This document shows, in pieces, positions 1 to 9,897 of a stretch of 64,000 bases of DNA. Positions within the stretch are counted from its first letter, which is position 1; the number at the start of each line of letters is the position of its first letter. The DNA is from Coleofasciculus chthonoplastes F2-STO-03 (GTDB lineage: Bacteria; Cyanobacteriota; Cyanobacteriia; Cyanobacteriales; Coleofasciculaceae). The DNA lies in the NCBI GenBank assembly GCA_040222015.1, contig JAVJWO010000010.1, forward strand, positions 14,669-78,668, read 5' to 3'. Under the pieces are notes generated by a model. It was not told the DNA's origin and did not search any database. It saw only the letters and a program-made list of their open reading frames with translations. The translations under genes were made by a program, and so were the position numbers.

Positions 1-646
1 CCTTACTTTTACTAAACGAAAGCGCACCTTCAGCGTCTCTGTCATTGCGGCGCAGGAAAAACTGAAAGGCGGCGACGAGGATTAGCGGCGGAACCACCCA
101 ACTTAACAGACTCAGTAACCAACCATTTTTGGGAGGAGGCGCAGCAAAAAATTCAATGTCCTGTTCCTGAAGCGTGTTCACCAAGTCTGGATCATCAACC
201 CTGAGTGTGGCATAGATTTGTCCTTGTTGCTCATCCTCGTTGAGCAGTTCATCGGTTGGGTTGAGCGGATCGTCAGATGTTGAATTTAACGGATTGTCGG
301 GGGTATCCAGATCCGGTTCTACTTCTGTGTCTAGGGGCGGTTCTGCCGTTTCCAGCAAGTCTTGAGTGGCTTGGAGAGGATCTTGAGTGGCTTGCAGCAA
401 GTCTTGAGTCGCCTTCAGGGGATCTTGAGCGGGCTTAAGCTGATAAATCACTTGTTCTTCCCCCACCGAAACCCGTGTGACTTTGCCGTCGTCCAGTTGG
501 TCGAGAAATTCGCTATAGGGTACTATGGGAAACCGAGAGGATTTGGGTACAAACAAGTACCCCAGTAAGGATACACTCGCCAGAATTAATAGAATAAGAC
601 CAATCTGGCGACCGTGTGGCGATTTCGGTTTGTCTTTAATACTCAT
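1..646 (-). CDS. ftsH: ATP-dependent zinc metalloprotease FtsH (FtsH4-like), 5' part; runs off window start
   Basis: Not in ORF track; manual translation from ATG at 646: MSIKDKPK..TM1..VPYSEFLDQLDDGKV..IEFFAAPPPKNGWLLSLLSWVVPPLILV..GALSFSKSK, the FtsH TM1-lumenal-TM2-linker pattern; open to the edge. Confidence 0.9.
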   Translation of the reverse strand, partial: MSIKDKPKSPHGRQIGLILLILASVSLLGYLFVPKSSRFPIVPYSEFLDQLDDGKVTRVSVGEEQVIYQLKPAQDPLKATQDLLQATQDPLQATQDLLETAEPPLDTEVEPDLDTPDNPLNSTSDDPLNPTDELLNEDEQQGQIYATLRVDDPDLVNTLQEQDIEFFAAPPPKNGWLLSLLSWVVPPLILVAAFQFFLRRNDRDAEGALSFSKSK

Positions 647-783
647 ACATTTGTTATCTGCACGCTTGATGCCGTGGGCTTGGGTGGATGGGAGAATTCC
701 TATTTTTAGGGTAACAAGTTAGGAAATACTAATTTGCGACAAACCTTACAGCCTTCTGCCCTAGAGCCTTCTGCCTTTTTATA

Positions 784-1479
784 CTAACGCTCATATTCCA
801 CATAATCCACTTGTCTATCATCAAGAGGAGGCGGTATTACTTCAGTGCGTCGCCTAGCTGAGGGGGCATAAGGAAGCGCATTGTAGGGATGGGGGACAAC
901 GTAAGTTGTCCGAGGTGGACGTGGTTGTTGTTGTCGCGACAGCACTGCCAATAATCCCACAACTACAACACCCCCACTAATTGTTACTGCCATACCACCC
1001 AATCCCCAAACCAAGCCGGAAATAATCGAATTATCTGACTCAGACTGCTGGACAGGAGTTACAGGGGGCGCTGCTTCAATCCGAGGTGGTATGAAACTAT
1101 TAGGATTATTGGGATTATTTTGTCCCATAAGATTGTCAATCAACGCTTGCTGGTTTTGCATTTGAGCTTTTAGCTGTTCCGTTTCGGCGCGTTGCTGTTC
1201 CAGCATACCTTTCAAGCGTTCTACTGTAACCTGTTGCTGTTCAAAATCATTACCGGCAAAACCTGGTGTCGTCTGAACTGGCATTTGCGGGTTCTGCCCA
1301 TAAGCAGGATTATAGGGATTATCAGGATTATAGGGATTATAAGGATTGCTCTGTGGAAGTTGAGCCGTTTGAGAGGGAGGGGCATTCGTAATGCCAAGAC
1401 TATCTCCGCCTTTCATCATAAACAGAACTGCCACTCCCGCAAAGGCAGCCCCTGTTAGGAATGCCATACCATCACTCAT
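784..1479 (-). CDS. patN: PatN-like membrane protein (heterocyst-differentiation-related family)
   Basis: N-terminal hydrophobic MAFLTGAAFAGVAVL, Q/P-rich coiled coil, WGLGGMAVTISGGVVVVG TM and HPY..RRTEVIPP tail match my recollection of Nostoc PatN. Confidence 0.7.
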   Translation of the reverse strand: MSDGMAFLTGAAFAGVAVLFMMKGGDSLGITNAPPSQTAQLPQSNPYNPYNPDNPYNPAYGQNPQMPVQTTPGFAGNDFEQQQVTVERLKGMLEQQRAETEQLKAQMQNQQALIDNLMGQNNPNNPNSFIPPRIEAAPPVTPVQQSESDNSIISGLVWGLGGMAVTISGGVVVVGLLAVLSRQQQPRPPRTTYVVPHPYNALPYAPSARRRTEVIPPPLDDRQVDYVEYER

Positions 1480-2133
1480 CGCTCTTACCTCACATTCAAA
1501 ACTGAACTACCACTTATTGTCACTGATACAGGTTGACTGCCATCGGTGAGACTTGACTCCTTATGAGTTTATACGCCATTGATGCAATTGGGAGTTCTCT
1601 AGCTGTTCTCCGTTTTCTAATTGAAAACGAGAAAGGCTCAATTGTCCATCCCCAAGGATCTTATAAACGTTTCTAGGTCGTATCACCAGGGTTATAAGAA
1701 TTTCTCTAGTTACTGATTTGACGGAAAAATGCGGAAATCAGTTAGCCAGTGTTATGCAAGACTAATCCGGATCATGCTTCGATTCTAGACGATTCCACAA
1801 TCCTGCGATCGCGCCTTCCCTATCACTTCATCGGAAGCTAGGGTAGGTAAGGGATAGGGAAATTTTTTCGGGATGAGCGATCGCGGATACAATAGCCGAT
1901 TTTTCAACCTGTGACAACTTGACCCCGTAGGCAGCGATTCATAATAATCACTAATCTAAAGCAGACGATGCTAGCCTGTCTGTGGGACAATAGAACAGGA
2001 CTGACGCTTGCTTCATGCTTTATCGGAATCAATAGCCAATATTAGCCTTCTTGCGGGTATGGGTTGTGCGTCAGGTATCAAAACAGCCGACTTAAAAAGC
2101 CACATCTACTGCTGCTCACTACACAATTAATCT

Positions 2134-2985
2134 ATGTCCACAGCCCCCAAAATTCTCTCAGAAAATCGATGCTTCGGCGGTACAGTTGGCTTTTACTCCC
2201 ATCACTCTCAAACCTGCAACAGTAAAATGCGGTTTGCTGTTTACCAACCGCCTCAAGCCAAATTAGAACGAGTCCCGGTTCTTTATTTCCTGTCCGGCTT
2301 AACCTGTACCGAAGAAAATTTCATGGCAAAAGCTGGGGCGCAGAAGTTTGCGGCGAAGTATGGATTAATGCTGGTGACGCCAGATACCAGTCCCCGTGAT
2401 ACCGGAATTCCGGGAGAAAATGACGACTGGGATTTCGGTACAGGCGCGGGTTTTTACGTCGATGCGACAGTAGAACCCTGGTCAGATCATTATCAAATGT
2501 ATAGCTACGTGGTTGAGGAATTACCGGCAATCATTGCCCAACATTTCCCGGCTCAAATTGATCATCAGGGCATTTTTGGTCATTCCATGGGGGGTCATGG
2601 AGCGCTAATTTGTGCTTTAAGAAACCCTGAGCAATATACATCGGTTTCGGCTTTAGCCCCAATTGCCGCACCAACAAAGTGTCCTTGGGGACAAAAAGCA
2701 TTTACGAATTATTTGGGTGAAGATGAAGAAAGCTGGGGCATCTATGATGCTAGTGAATTAGTGTTAACCGTTGGATATAAGCGTCCAATTCTGATTGATC
2801 AAGGGACAGCCGATCCCTTTTTAGAGAAGCAACAATTACTTCCCGGTATCTTTGCCCAAGCCTGTGAAAAAGCCAGAGTCCCTTTAACATTACGCTTTCA
2901 GGAAGGGTATAATCACAGCTATTATTTCATTTCCTCTTTTGTTGAAGACCACATTCGTCATCATGCGGCGGTGTTAAAGCTATAA
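2134..2985 (+). CDS. fghA: S-formylglutathione hydrolase
   Basis: LSGLTCTEENF, GAGFYVDAT, GHSMGGHGAL and HSYYFI motifs. Confidence 0.95.
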   Translation: MSTAPKILSENRCFGGTVGFYSHHSQTCNSKMRFAVYQPPQAKLERVPVLYFLSGLTCTEENFMAKAGAQKFAAKYGLMLVTPDTSPRDTGIPGENDDWDFGTGAGFYVDATVEPWSDHYQMYSYVVEELPAIIAQHFPAQIDHQGIFGHSMGGHGALICALRNPEQYTSVSALAPIAAPTKCPWGQKAFTNYLGEDEESWGIYDASELVLTVGYKRPILIDQGTADPFLEKQQLLPGIFAQACEKARVPLTLRFQEGYNHSYYFISSFVEDHIRHHAAVLKL

Positions 2986-3094
2986 CCATCCTAAGCTGAA
3001 TAGCACTGAAATAAGCATTTTTGCAGTGCCAAAATCCTTGATACACCGTAGGGTGGGCATTGCCCACCAACATACCAGTCAGTGACATTCATCC

Positions 3095-3223
3095 TAAGCT
3101 GTTCGGCATTTAAATTGGGATACCTAAAACCCTGAAAGGCAACAGGCAACGCCTCGACTTCGCTCGGTGTGTCACAGGCAACAGGCAACGCCTGAATACA
3201 CAATTTAAATGCGTTTTAGCTTA
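3095..3223. mobile_element. MITE-like element
   Basis: Terminal inverted repeats TAAGCT..GCATTTAAATTG / CAATTTAAATGC..AGCTTA; related copy at 8498-8604. Confidence 0.65.
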
Positions 3224-3267
3224 TTTAGGGCTGGCTGAATAAGTGCTAAGTTAGAATAACTAATTTC

Positions 3268-5046
3268 TCAAAAGGGCTGATAATCCAGGGAAAAGTGGAA
3301 ACCCGATTCTTGCAGTGAATCCCCCCGTTGATTGACTTTAATTAAGGGGATGCCATAGTCTAAACGCAAATCTAAATCGGAATTAATCCGCCAATTGAAT
3401 CCTAATCCTAAACTAGCAAGGGTGTTGGGATTTGGGTGATCATCTTGATTATTCCAAGCTGTACCGATATCAAAGAAAGGTACGAGTTGTAATTGATTGG
3501 GGTTTGAGGTGAGGGGAATCCGGACTTCTAGTGAACCCCAAATGCCATTATCAGTAACCTGTTGATTTTGGCGATACCCTCGAATGCTATCTCCACCGCC
3601 GATCCCAAATCGTTCTAGGGAGAGTAAAGAGTCGGGAGTGAGTTGAGTATTGATTTCTGCCAGGAGTACGGTTTTGGGTGATAATCGCTGCACCCATTGA
3701 AATTGTCCTAACCAAGAGAAGAATCGCCCATCGGTTCCTGTATTATTAATTGTGGCATCAAAGGCATCTAGTCCGAGACTAAATTGAGAGCGAGCTGCTA
3801 AGATGCGGTTAGGTGTGCGATCGCTCCATTCCTGAAAGATGCGAAGTACGGTAACTTTGGATTCGCCATCCTCTGGTCCTTGGGAGAAGGAAAAGGGGAT
3901 ATCATTGAGCAGGAAGGTTTGGCTACGACGCCAATCGACACTGACACCCAGGGCAAATTCAGTTGTAGGCGATCGCACAATCGGTTGACGGAAATTTACA
4001 GATAGGGTGCGGGATTCGCTTCTGATTCCTAAATCTTCAAAGCCGGCTTCTAGAATCCGACTGTTACTATTGCTATAGCTGAAGCTAATTTTACCATCAC
4101 GGGCATTGATGGGAATCCCGTAGTTGACACGATAGAAGTCTAATCCTGGGGTGAACCCGTATTCAGCAGAAACGCGATCGCCAAATCCGAATAGGTTATC
4201 ATGGCTGATAAATAGATTGGCTTGTTCTGAGCCGATACTGGGAGATTGATTATTGGCACCAGATACACCGGCGTGAAAGGATGGTGTTTCTTGCAAGTCT
4301 AGGAGTAAGATGTTTTTGCCGGAACCACTGCCAGCGATTAGTTCAGCATTGATTTGATTGAGGAGGGGGTCAAGTTGCAGAAGTTGTAAGGCTTCTTCCA
4401 GGCGATGGCGATTGAAAGGAGTATCGGTTGCTAATTCCAGGCGACGGCGCACATATCCTGATTTGAGGCGGTTTAATCCCTGGATTTGAATCTGTTCAAT
4501 TTCACCTTCAACGATTTGAATTTCGATCATCCCATCACTAATATCTTGTTTGGGTAAAAAGGCACCAGAGGTGACATAACCCTGTTGAATATACAGTTGA
4601 GTAATGCTTTGGCGTAGTTCGAGTAAAGTTTCAAAGGTTACGTCTTGGTTGTGATAGGTTTGGGTTAATTCGGCGATTTCTGATTGCAATACGGTATTGC
4701 CGAGAACTTCTATTTGATTAATGCGGAATAATTCTGGGGATAGAGAGGGAATTTGAGGCGGTTGGGGAGTTGTAGGGAGTTGTAGGTTGGGTTGAGGTGG
4801 GGATAGGGGGGTTTCCTGTGGTAGAGGAGGGGATAAATCAGTTGGATTGGGAATAGTTTGTTCCAGGGTTTCTGGTGCACCTTCTGGAATCGTTATCCCA
4901 GGGGGTGGAGAAGATTGAGCCACTGTATCGGAATTTCCCAATGCTGATGGTACAGCTATCTGTAGGGGTGCAAGGCTTGCGCCCCCACATATTGAAATGG
5001 TAATGCCAACCTCTACAAATGTTGTCCGTTTCCCGGTAAGATACAT
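3268..5046 (-). CDS. ShlB/FhaC/HecB family two-partner secretion outer-membrane transporter (TpsB)
   Basis: Pro-rich N-terminus, POTRA-like segments (YIQQGYVTSGA), GGGDSIRGY motif, C-terminal Phe; exact start uncertain. Confidence 0.9.
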   Translation of the reverse strand: MYLTGKRTTFVEVGITISICGGASLAPLQIAVPSALGNSDTVAQSSPPPGITIPEGAPETLEQTIPNPTDLSPPLPQETPLSPPQPNLQLPTTPQPPQIPSLSPELFRINQIEVLGNTVLQSEIAELTQTYHNQDVTFETLLELRQSITQLYIQQGYVTSGAFLPKQDISDGMIEIQIVEGEIEQIQIQGLNRLKSGYVRRRLELATDTPFNRHRLEEALQLLQLDPLLNQINAELIAGSGSGKNILLLDLQETPSFHAGVSGANNQSPSIGSEQANLFISHDNLFGFGDRVSAEYGFTPGLDFYRVNYGIPINARDGKISFSYSNSNSRILEAGFEDLGIRSESRTLSVNFRQPIVRSPTTEFALGVSVDWRRSQTFLLNDIPFSFSQGPEDGESKVTVLRIFQEWSDRTPNRILAARSQFSLGLDAFDATINNTGTDGRFFSWLGQFQWVQRLSPKTVLLAEINTQLTPDSLLSLERFGIGGGDSIRGYRQNQQVTDNGIWGSLEVRIPLTSNPNQLQLVPFFDIGTAWNNQDDHPNPNTLASLGLGFNWRINSDLDLRLDYGIPLIKVNQRGDSLQESGFHFSLDYQPF

Positions 5047-5777
5047 CCTGATTTAATTGTCATTTGTTATTTGCTCAATATAGTGTTTACAGATGATTCC
5101 TGTACAGCCAAAGCCCTGAAAGCCTTACTGGATAAGGGTGGCTTGTTGGCATCTCAAATGAAAACGCTATAGCTTAGAAGCTGTTCAAAATAAGGGCTTG
5201 ATACCAATGCGGCTCATTGATTGCCCTAACTGGGATATTTGAAAAGAAAGTTTCTCCCGCCATAGTTGCTGTAGTGGCTCGGCACACCTAAGCAAGGTGG
5301 ATTAGAATTGTAGGGGCGCACGGTGTGCGCCCTTTTACTGCACATAAGTGCGCCCGATTTCACCGCCAAATCGCTTTATGCAGATGGAAAGTCCATGACT
5401 CGGGGCGCAAGCCTTCAGTCAGGGCGCACGTCTGTGCGCCCCTACGGGATTTGTGATAGTGTCATCCTGATCAATGGGATGCGATCGCGCTTTGTGTTGT
5501 CCTCTGTGTGTTAATCTGTGTGATTCTCAGAACCTGCGATCGCGTTGGCTTGATTTGAATGAAAACATTTGATGCGCTCGTCTTGGTTTTTCCCAAATCC
5601 ACCCCACCCTAATCCCTACTTAATATAGCCTTACTCAAATAGCCCTTGGTAGAGTTCCGGTGGAACGTCTCTTACTGGTTTTCTAGGAACTGGTAAAGAC
5701 GTTGCATTTTAGTCTCTACTGTCAATGCCTCTGAAAGTCTTGATGGCTCAGGGTTTCCCGTTTATGCAGCCAATTTT

Positions 5778-5907
5778 GTGCAGTTTTGTGCAATCTGACT
5801 GGCTCAATCCTGTCAATAACCTTGTTGATTTACGCCATCAAATTGGCAGAAAAGGTTAATGCATTATATAAAAATTAGTTGTATTCTTACGAGTAAGGAG
5901 TAGAAAC
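5778..5907 (+). promoter_or_regulatory. Conserved upstream block of PEP-CTERM gene (copy A)
   Basis: Colinear with 8852-8980; identical 19-mer CCTTGTTGATTTACGCCAT at 5820-5838; near-palindrome GTGCAG-TTTT-GTGCAA at 5778-5793. Confidence 0.75.
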
Positions 5908-5931
5908 TGTTAAAAAGGATTTTAAATAGTC

Positions 5932-6723
5932 ATGAAAATCAGATATCAATTAAGTGTTGCTATCGCTGGTGCTTCAGCTCTAGTTCTCACAACTCATATT
6001 TCCACAGCTCAGGCATTTTCAGTTTTCTTTGGCGAAGATTTGAATGTTGGTGGCAATGGGAATACTCCCTTAAGTAGTTTCCCAAATTCTTCCCAAGCAG
6101 AAGCCGACTTTATTTCTAAATTAAAGGGTGTAGGAACCGAAGATTTTGAAGGGTTTAATGCCAACCAAAAGCCTCCTTTAAACTTAACCTTTCCCGGTGC
6201 AGGTACTGCTACTCTGTCAGGTGCTGGTTCTATCAACACAGGTTCTTCCAATGAGTCAACAGATGGGGCTTATCCCATTTCTGGAAACCAAAACTACTTA
6301 ACCTTTGTTGGTGATGGAGGATTTACCGCTAATCTCGATCAACCCGTTGCTGCTTTTGGCTTCTATCTCACCGATCTTAGCGATCTGGTTGGCACTCAAC
6401 TGAATTTAGAATTGGGTTTTTCCAACGGTACTACTAAAAATTTAGTAGTTCCCAACACGATCTCCCCCAGACCAGGTAGTGGTTCAGTTGTTTACTATGG
6501 TGTAATTGCTGACAATCCTAGCGAAGTATTTACTAACGTATCCTTTACATTCGCTAACAATGGTAACGAAAACGAAGGTGTCGGTATGGATGATATAACC
6601 ATTGGTAGTTTAGAGCAAGTAGAAAATGTGCCTGAACCACTCACCATCCTCGGTTCAGCTACCGCCCTAGGCATTGGTGGGTTACTCAAAAAAGAGTCTT
6701 CTAAAAAGCAAAAGAAAAGCTAA
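5932..6723 (+). CDS. PEP-CTERM sorting domain protein
   Basis: Signal peptide (..TAQA), C-terminal VPEPLTILGSATALG + basic tail. Confidence 0.92.
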   Translation: MKIRYQLSVAIAGASALVLTTHISTAQAFSVFFGEDLNVGGNGNTPLSSFPNSSQAEADFISKLKGVGTEDFEGFNANQKPPLNLTFPGAGTATLSGAGSINTGSSNESTDGAYPISGNQNYLTFVGDGGFTANLDQPVAAFGFYLTDLSDLVGTQLNLELGFSNGTTKNLVVPNTISPRPGSGSVVYYGVIADNPSEVFTNVSFTFANNGNENEGVGMDDITIGSLEQVENVPEPLTILGSATALGIGGLLKKESSKKQKKS

Positions 6724-6755
6724 CTGTCGAATAGTGTAAAAACAATTGGACTGAT

Positions 6756-6783
6756 GGTATCCAGACAAGGTAGTCTGGATGCC
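6756..6783 (+). terminator. Hairpin after PEP-CTERM gene, possible terminator
   Basis: GGTATCCAGAC-N6-GTCTGGATGCC; no strong U tract. Confidence 0.45.
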
Positions 6784-6935
6784 TTAGCTTCATGGCAACA
6801 ACCCAAGCGGTGATCACTCTTTTTGAAAAGTCCACCAGTTCTTTCCTTGTGTCGTGTTCCCAACCCTTGCGCTTAGAGTCAAATTATTGTTACATTAGTT
6901 TATATAGGTTAGTCGCCAAAAAATCTGAAAATAAA

Positions 6936-7218
6936 CAAGAGAGCCACTCTCTCGTGTAACTCTCTCTCTAGTCCTAAAGGTACATCTACTACTCTCATAA
7001 TCGCCTCTAGGACTTAATGGTGTCACACCCAGTTTGAGATCAGTAACTGACTGGTAGAACTGATCCGTTATTCCTTGCCAGGAGAATATTACAGGTGATC
7101 GCAATGCTCCACCCTACGATCACCAGGGTAGTGTTGAAGCGTACCGCAGGAGAGGCGCGTAGCTTGCCGGAGTGCCGCCGCTTTCGCGTCCCCGGTGTGG
7201 TGACGGGCGGTAGTCAAC
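6936..7218 (+). mobile_element. Multi-hairpin element ending like an IS200/IS605 right end (omega-RNA-like), no tnpB
   Basis: Hairpins GAGAG/CTCTC, GTCCTAAAGG/CCTCTAGGAC, GATCAGT/ACTGATC, GGTGATCG/CGATCACC, TACCGC/GCGGTA; ends GTCAAC. Confidence 0.45.
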
Positions 7219-7303
7219 CTTATCAACAAGCTAGAGTACATTATTAACGATAATGTGATGATAATTAATCGCACTCAAGCTCGGTAGAACCCCAATATAA
7301 GGA

Positions 7304-7621
7304 ATGAATATGGGCTGTTCAACAGCAATCCGAACCATTGAAGACTTGCGCGATCGCCGGGATGAACTCATTGCCATTTTTACCAAACATGGTGCTCACA
7401 GTGTTCGGGTATTTGGCTCTGTAGCACGAGGGGAAGCAACCGAACAGAGCGATATTGATTTTTTGATTGATTATGATCGAAACTGCACGAGTGCTTGGTT
7501 TCCCGGCGGATTGATCAATGATTTAGAGTCTTGCTTAAACAGTAAGGTAGACATTACGACGACTCGGGGTTTAAGTCCACTCATTGCTGAGAATATATTC
7601 CAAGAGGCTATCGAACTATAA
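7304..7621 (+). CDS. Minimal nucleotidyltransferase (MNT, antitoxin-type)
   Basis: VFGSVARGE..SDIDFL motif, 105 aa. Confidence 0.9.
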   Translation: MNMGCSTAIRTIEDLRDRRDELIAIFTKHGAHSVRVFGSVARGEATEQSDIDFLIDYDRNCTSAWFPGGLINDLESCLNSKVDITTTRGLSPLIAENIFQEAIEL

Positions 7622-7671
7622 ATTAGGTAAGAATCTGGACAATCTATTAACCAGGTGCAAGCTATCAATTC

Positions 7672-8265
7672 CTACCAAATTTCACTCATGTCTAATACAA
7701 AACCTGGAAGCACCATCTCGCCCGATAGGGTTTCCGGATTCTGTAAACAGTCCTGAGAACCATCCTGACGATAAATATAAACTTGGCGACCAGTACGGTC
7801 AATCAGCCAACCCAATTGTACGCCCAAACGCACCCACTCCTCCATCTTTTTTTGTAAGGATTTCAATGTATCACTGGGAGAGCGTAATTCCACCACAAAA
7901 TCCGGGCAAATCGGCGGAAATTTTTGCTGCTGTTCAGGGGTCAACGCATTCCAGCGTTCTAATCGCACCCAAGCGGCATCCGGTGACATGGGTTCTTTGA
8001 TTGCTCCTGGAATCCGAAATCCGGTGCTAGAGTCGAAACCAATCCCGGTTTTATCTTGTTTTACCCATGAACCAAGTTGAACGATTAGGGAAAAATTGCG
8101 ATTTCCTGTTTCTCCCCCCGCTGGCGTCATAATCCAAATTTCTCCGGTTTTCAGGTTACGTTCTAATCGCAAATCATGGTTGATTTGGCACAGTTCAAAA
8201 AACTGATCATCGCTGAGTTTAATTGAGGGTGGAATGGTCAACACTAAGGGCGAGGAAAGCATCAT
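7672..8265 (-). CDS. Uma2 (DUF820) family endonuclease
   Basis: FDSSTGF, SPDAAW, PDFVVELRSPSD, LGWLID. Confidence 0.92.
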   Translation of the reverse strand: MMLSSPLVLTIPPSIKLSDDQFFELCQINHDLRLERNLKTGEIWIMTPAGGETGNRNFSLIVQLGSWVKQDKTGIGFDSSTGFRIPGAIKEPMSPDAAWVRLERWNALTPEQQQKFPPICPDFVVELRSPSDTLKSLQKKMEEWVRLGVQLGWLIDRTGRQVYIYRQDGSQDCLQNPETLSGEMVLPGFVLDMSEIW

Positions 8266-8342
8266 TGGTCATTGGTCATTGGTCATTGGTCATTGGTCAT
8301 TGGTCATTGGTCATTGGTCATTGGTCATTGGTCATTGGTCAT
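8263..8342. repeat. STRR heptamer array (CATTGGT)x11
   Basis: 11 perfect copies plus CAT, overlapping the Uma2 start codon. Confidence 0.95.
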
Positions 8343-8497
8343 CGTAACATTATAGTTCTTCCGGACTTCAGAATCCTGGCATTGCCTCAGACGACGCCCA
8401 AAAACATTGGGTTGAGCTTTGATAATTTCATTGGTAGGACTTACGCAAAGCCTCTATTTGTAGGGTGTGTTAGCGAAGCGTAACGCACCTTAACCAC

Positions 8498-8604
8498 TAA
8501 GCTGTCATGCATTTTAATTGGGAATGGGTAGCGAGCAAGATGCTCACAGTACAAGGATTTCGCCATTATTGACATTAAGGAAGGTTTAAATGCCGAACAG
8601 CTTA
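8498..8604. mobile_element. MITE-like element, same ends as 3095-3223
   Basis: TAAGCTGTCATGCATTTTAA...TTTAAATGCCGAACAGCTTA. Confidence 0.6.
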
Positions 8605-8851
8605 TAGCGCTACGAGAGGAGTCAAAAGTCAAAAGTTGACTACTATCGCTTCTTTCAATAACTTTTTTTAGTAAGCTGTATAGCCCCCTATTACAATCCT
8701 ATTCTTGACTAAGTTTAACCCAAAATATTCAACAATTCAATAGGGAAGGAGAGCGATATTCTGCTTTTAAAAATCAGTAACTTTAAAAGACACCATGACG
8801 CGATTCGCTAACGCGATAGCGAGAGCTTCACGCACAGATAGACCACAAACT

Positions 8852-8980
8852 TTGCAGTTTTCTGCAATCTGATTGTCCGAATCTTGCCAAGTGCCTTGTT
8901 GATTTACGCCATTAAATTTGCAGATAAGGGTATATCCTTACATAAACCTGGCTTGTATTATGGAAGTAATGACTGGAATC
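8852..8980 (+). promoter_or_regulatory. Conserved upstream block of PEP-CTERM gene (copy B)
   Basis: Perfect palindrome TTGCAG-TTTT-CTGCAA at 8852-8867; shared 19-mer at 8894-8912. Confidence 0.75.
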
Positions 8981-8996
8981 TAATAATTTGAAATCA

Positions 8997-9719
8997 ATGA
9001 AACATCTGAATAAAGCTCTGGGAACTATTGCCTTTGCTACCTTGGCGTTGGGTTATACTAATGTCGCTAATGCTGCCACTGTAACCACATCAGGAACCTG
9101 GTCAAATCCTCAAGGAACTGCTGCTGACGTTATGAATAACGGGAACACTATCTCTTGGGGAAATCCGGCTAACACATCTAACAATCAAAGTTCATACGTT
9201 TTCGATGGCAACGGTGGCGTCGAAGTAGATGACACAACGTTTCAAGTCTTCAAACTTGGCACATTTACTCATGACAACTTCCCGATTACACAAGGCGACT
9301 TCCTAGGTGTCACGTTGGCATTGAATCTAGATATCGATGGGCAAGTGAGTCAAGACTTTACATTTGATTTCGCTCACAATGAAACTCCTAACAGTCGTCC
9401 TTGTGATCCTCAAGGCTCCACGGTATGTCCTGATGTCGTTGATATTCCCAGCGCTATAGGTGAAGAAACGATTTCCTATAATGGAAAGACATTTAAGCTA
9501 CAGATTTTAGGCTTTTCAGATACTATTGATGGTCCCAAAGTAACTCAGTTTATCACTGAAGAAGGTATGTCAAACCAAACGATGCTGTTTGGTCAATTGA
9601 AGCCAGAGCCAGTTCCAGAGCCTCTGACTATCCTTGGCTCAGCTACAGCTCTAGGCTTTGGAGCATTTTTAAAACGAGAGTCTTCTCGCAAAAAGAATAA
9701 AACAAAGCAAGATGTTTAA
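8997..9719 (+). CDS. THxN / choice-of-anchor K type PEP-CTERM protein
   Basis: Signal peptide (..VANA), ISWG, GTFTHDNFPI, HNETPN..CPD, VPEPLTILGSATALG tail; ATG at 8997 preferred over TTG 8988. Confidence 0.88.
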   Translation: MKHLNKALGTIAFATLALGYTNVANAATVTTSGTWSNPQGTAADVMNNGNTISWGNPANTSNNQSSYVFDGNGGVEVDDTTFQVFKLGTFTHDNFPITQGDFLGVTLALNLDIDGQVSQDFTFDFAHNETPNSRPCDPQGSTVCPDVVDIPSAIGEETISYNGKTFKLQILGFSDTIDGPKVTQFITEEGMSNQTMLFGQLKPEPVPEPLTILGSATALGFGAFLKRESSRKKNKTKQDV

Positions 9720-9747
9720 TCAATATTTCATTGATTAAAAGATTTAT

Positions 9748-9780
9748 AAAAACTCCAGAGCCTGTCTGGGGTTTTTGTTT
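9748..9780 (+). terminator. Rho-independent terminator
   Basis: AAAACTCCAGA-N5-TCTGGGGTTTT followed by T tract. Confidence 0.75.
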
Positions 9781-9897
9781 GCCTCATTGCACTCTGAAAA
9801 TTTCAAAACTTTTCTACATAAAACGATTTTGTTGCGATCTGTGCTTCGCAGCGGCGCTTCACCATCGCGTCTTAAGCAATCGAGTTGATCGGAGCAT

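Noticed and set aside
362..568. Plus-strand leucine-heptad ORF
   Set aside because: Antisense shadow of the 21-bp repeat within ftsH
8223..8483. ORF with SLVIGHW repeats
   Set aside because: Translation of the STRR array, not a credible gene
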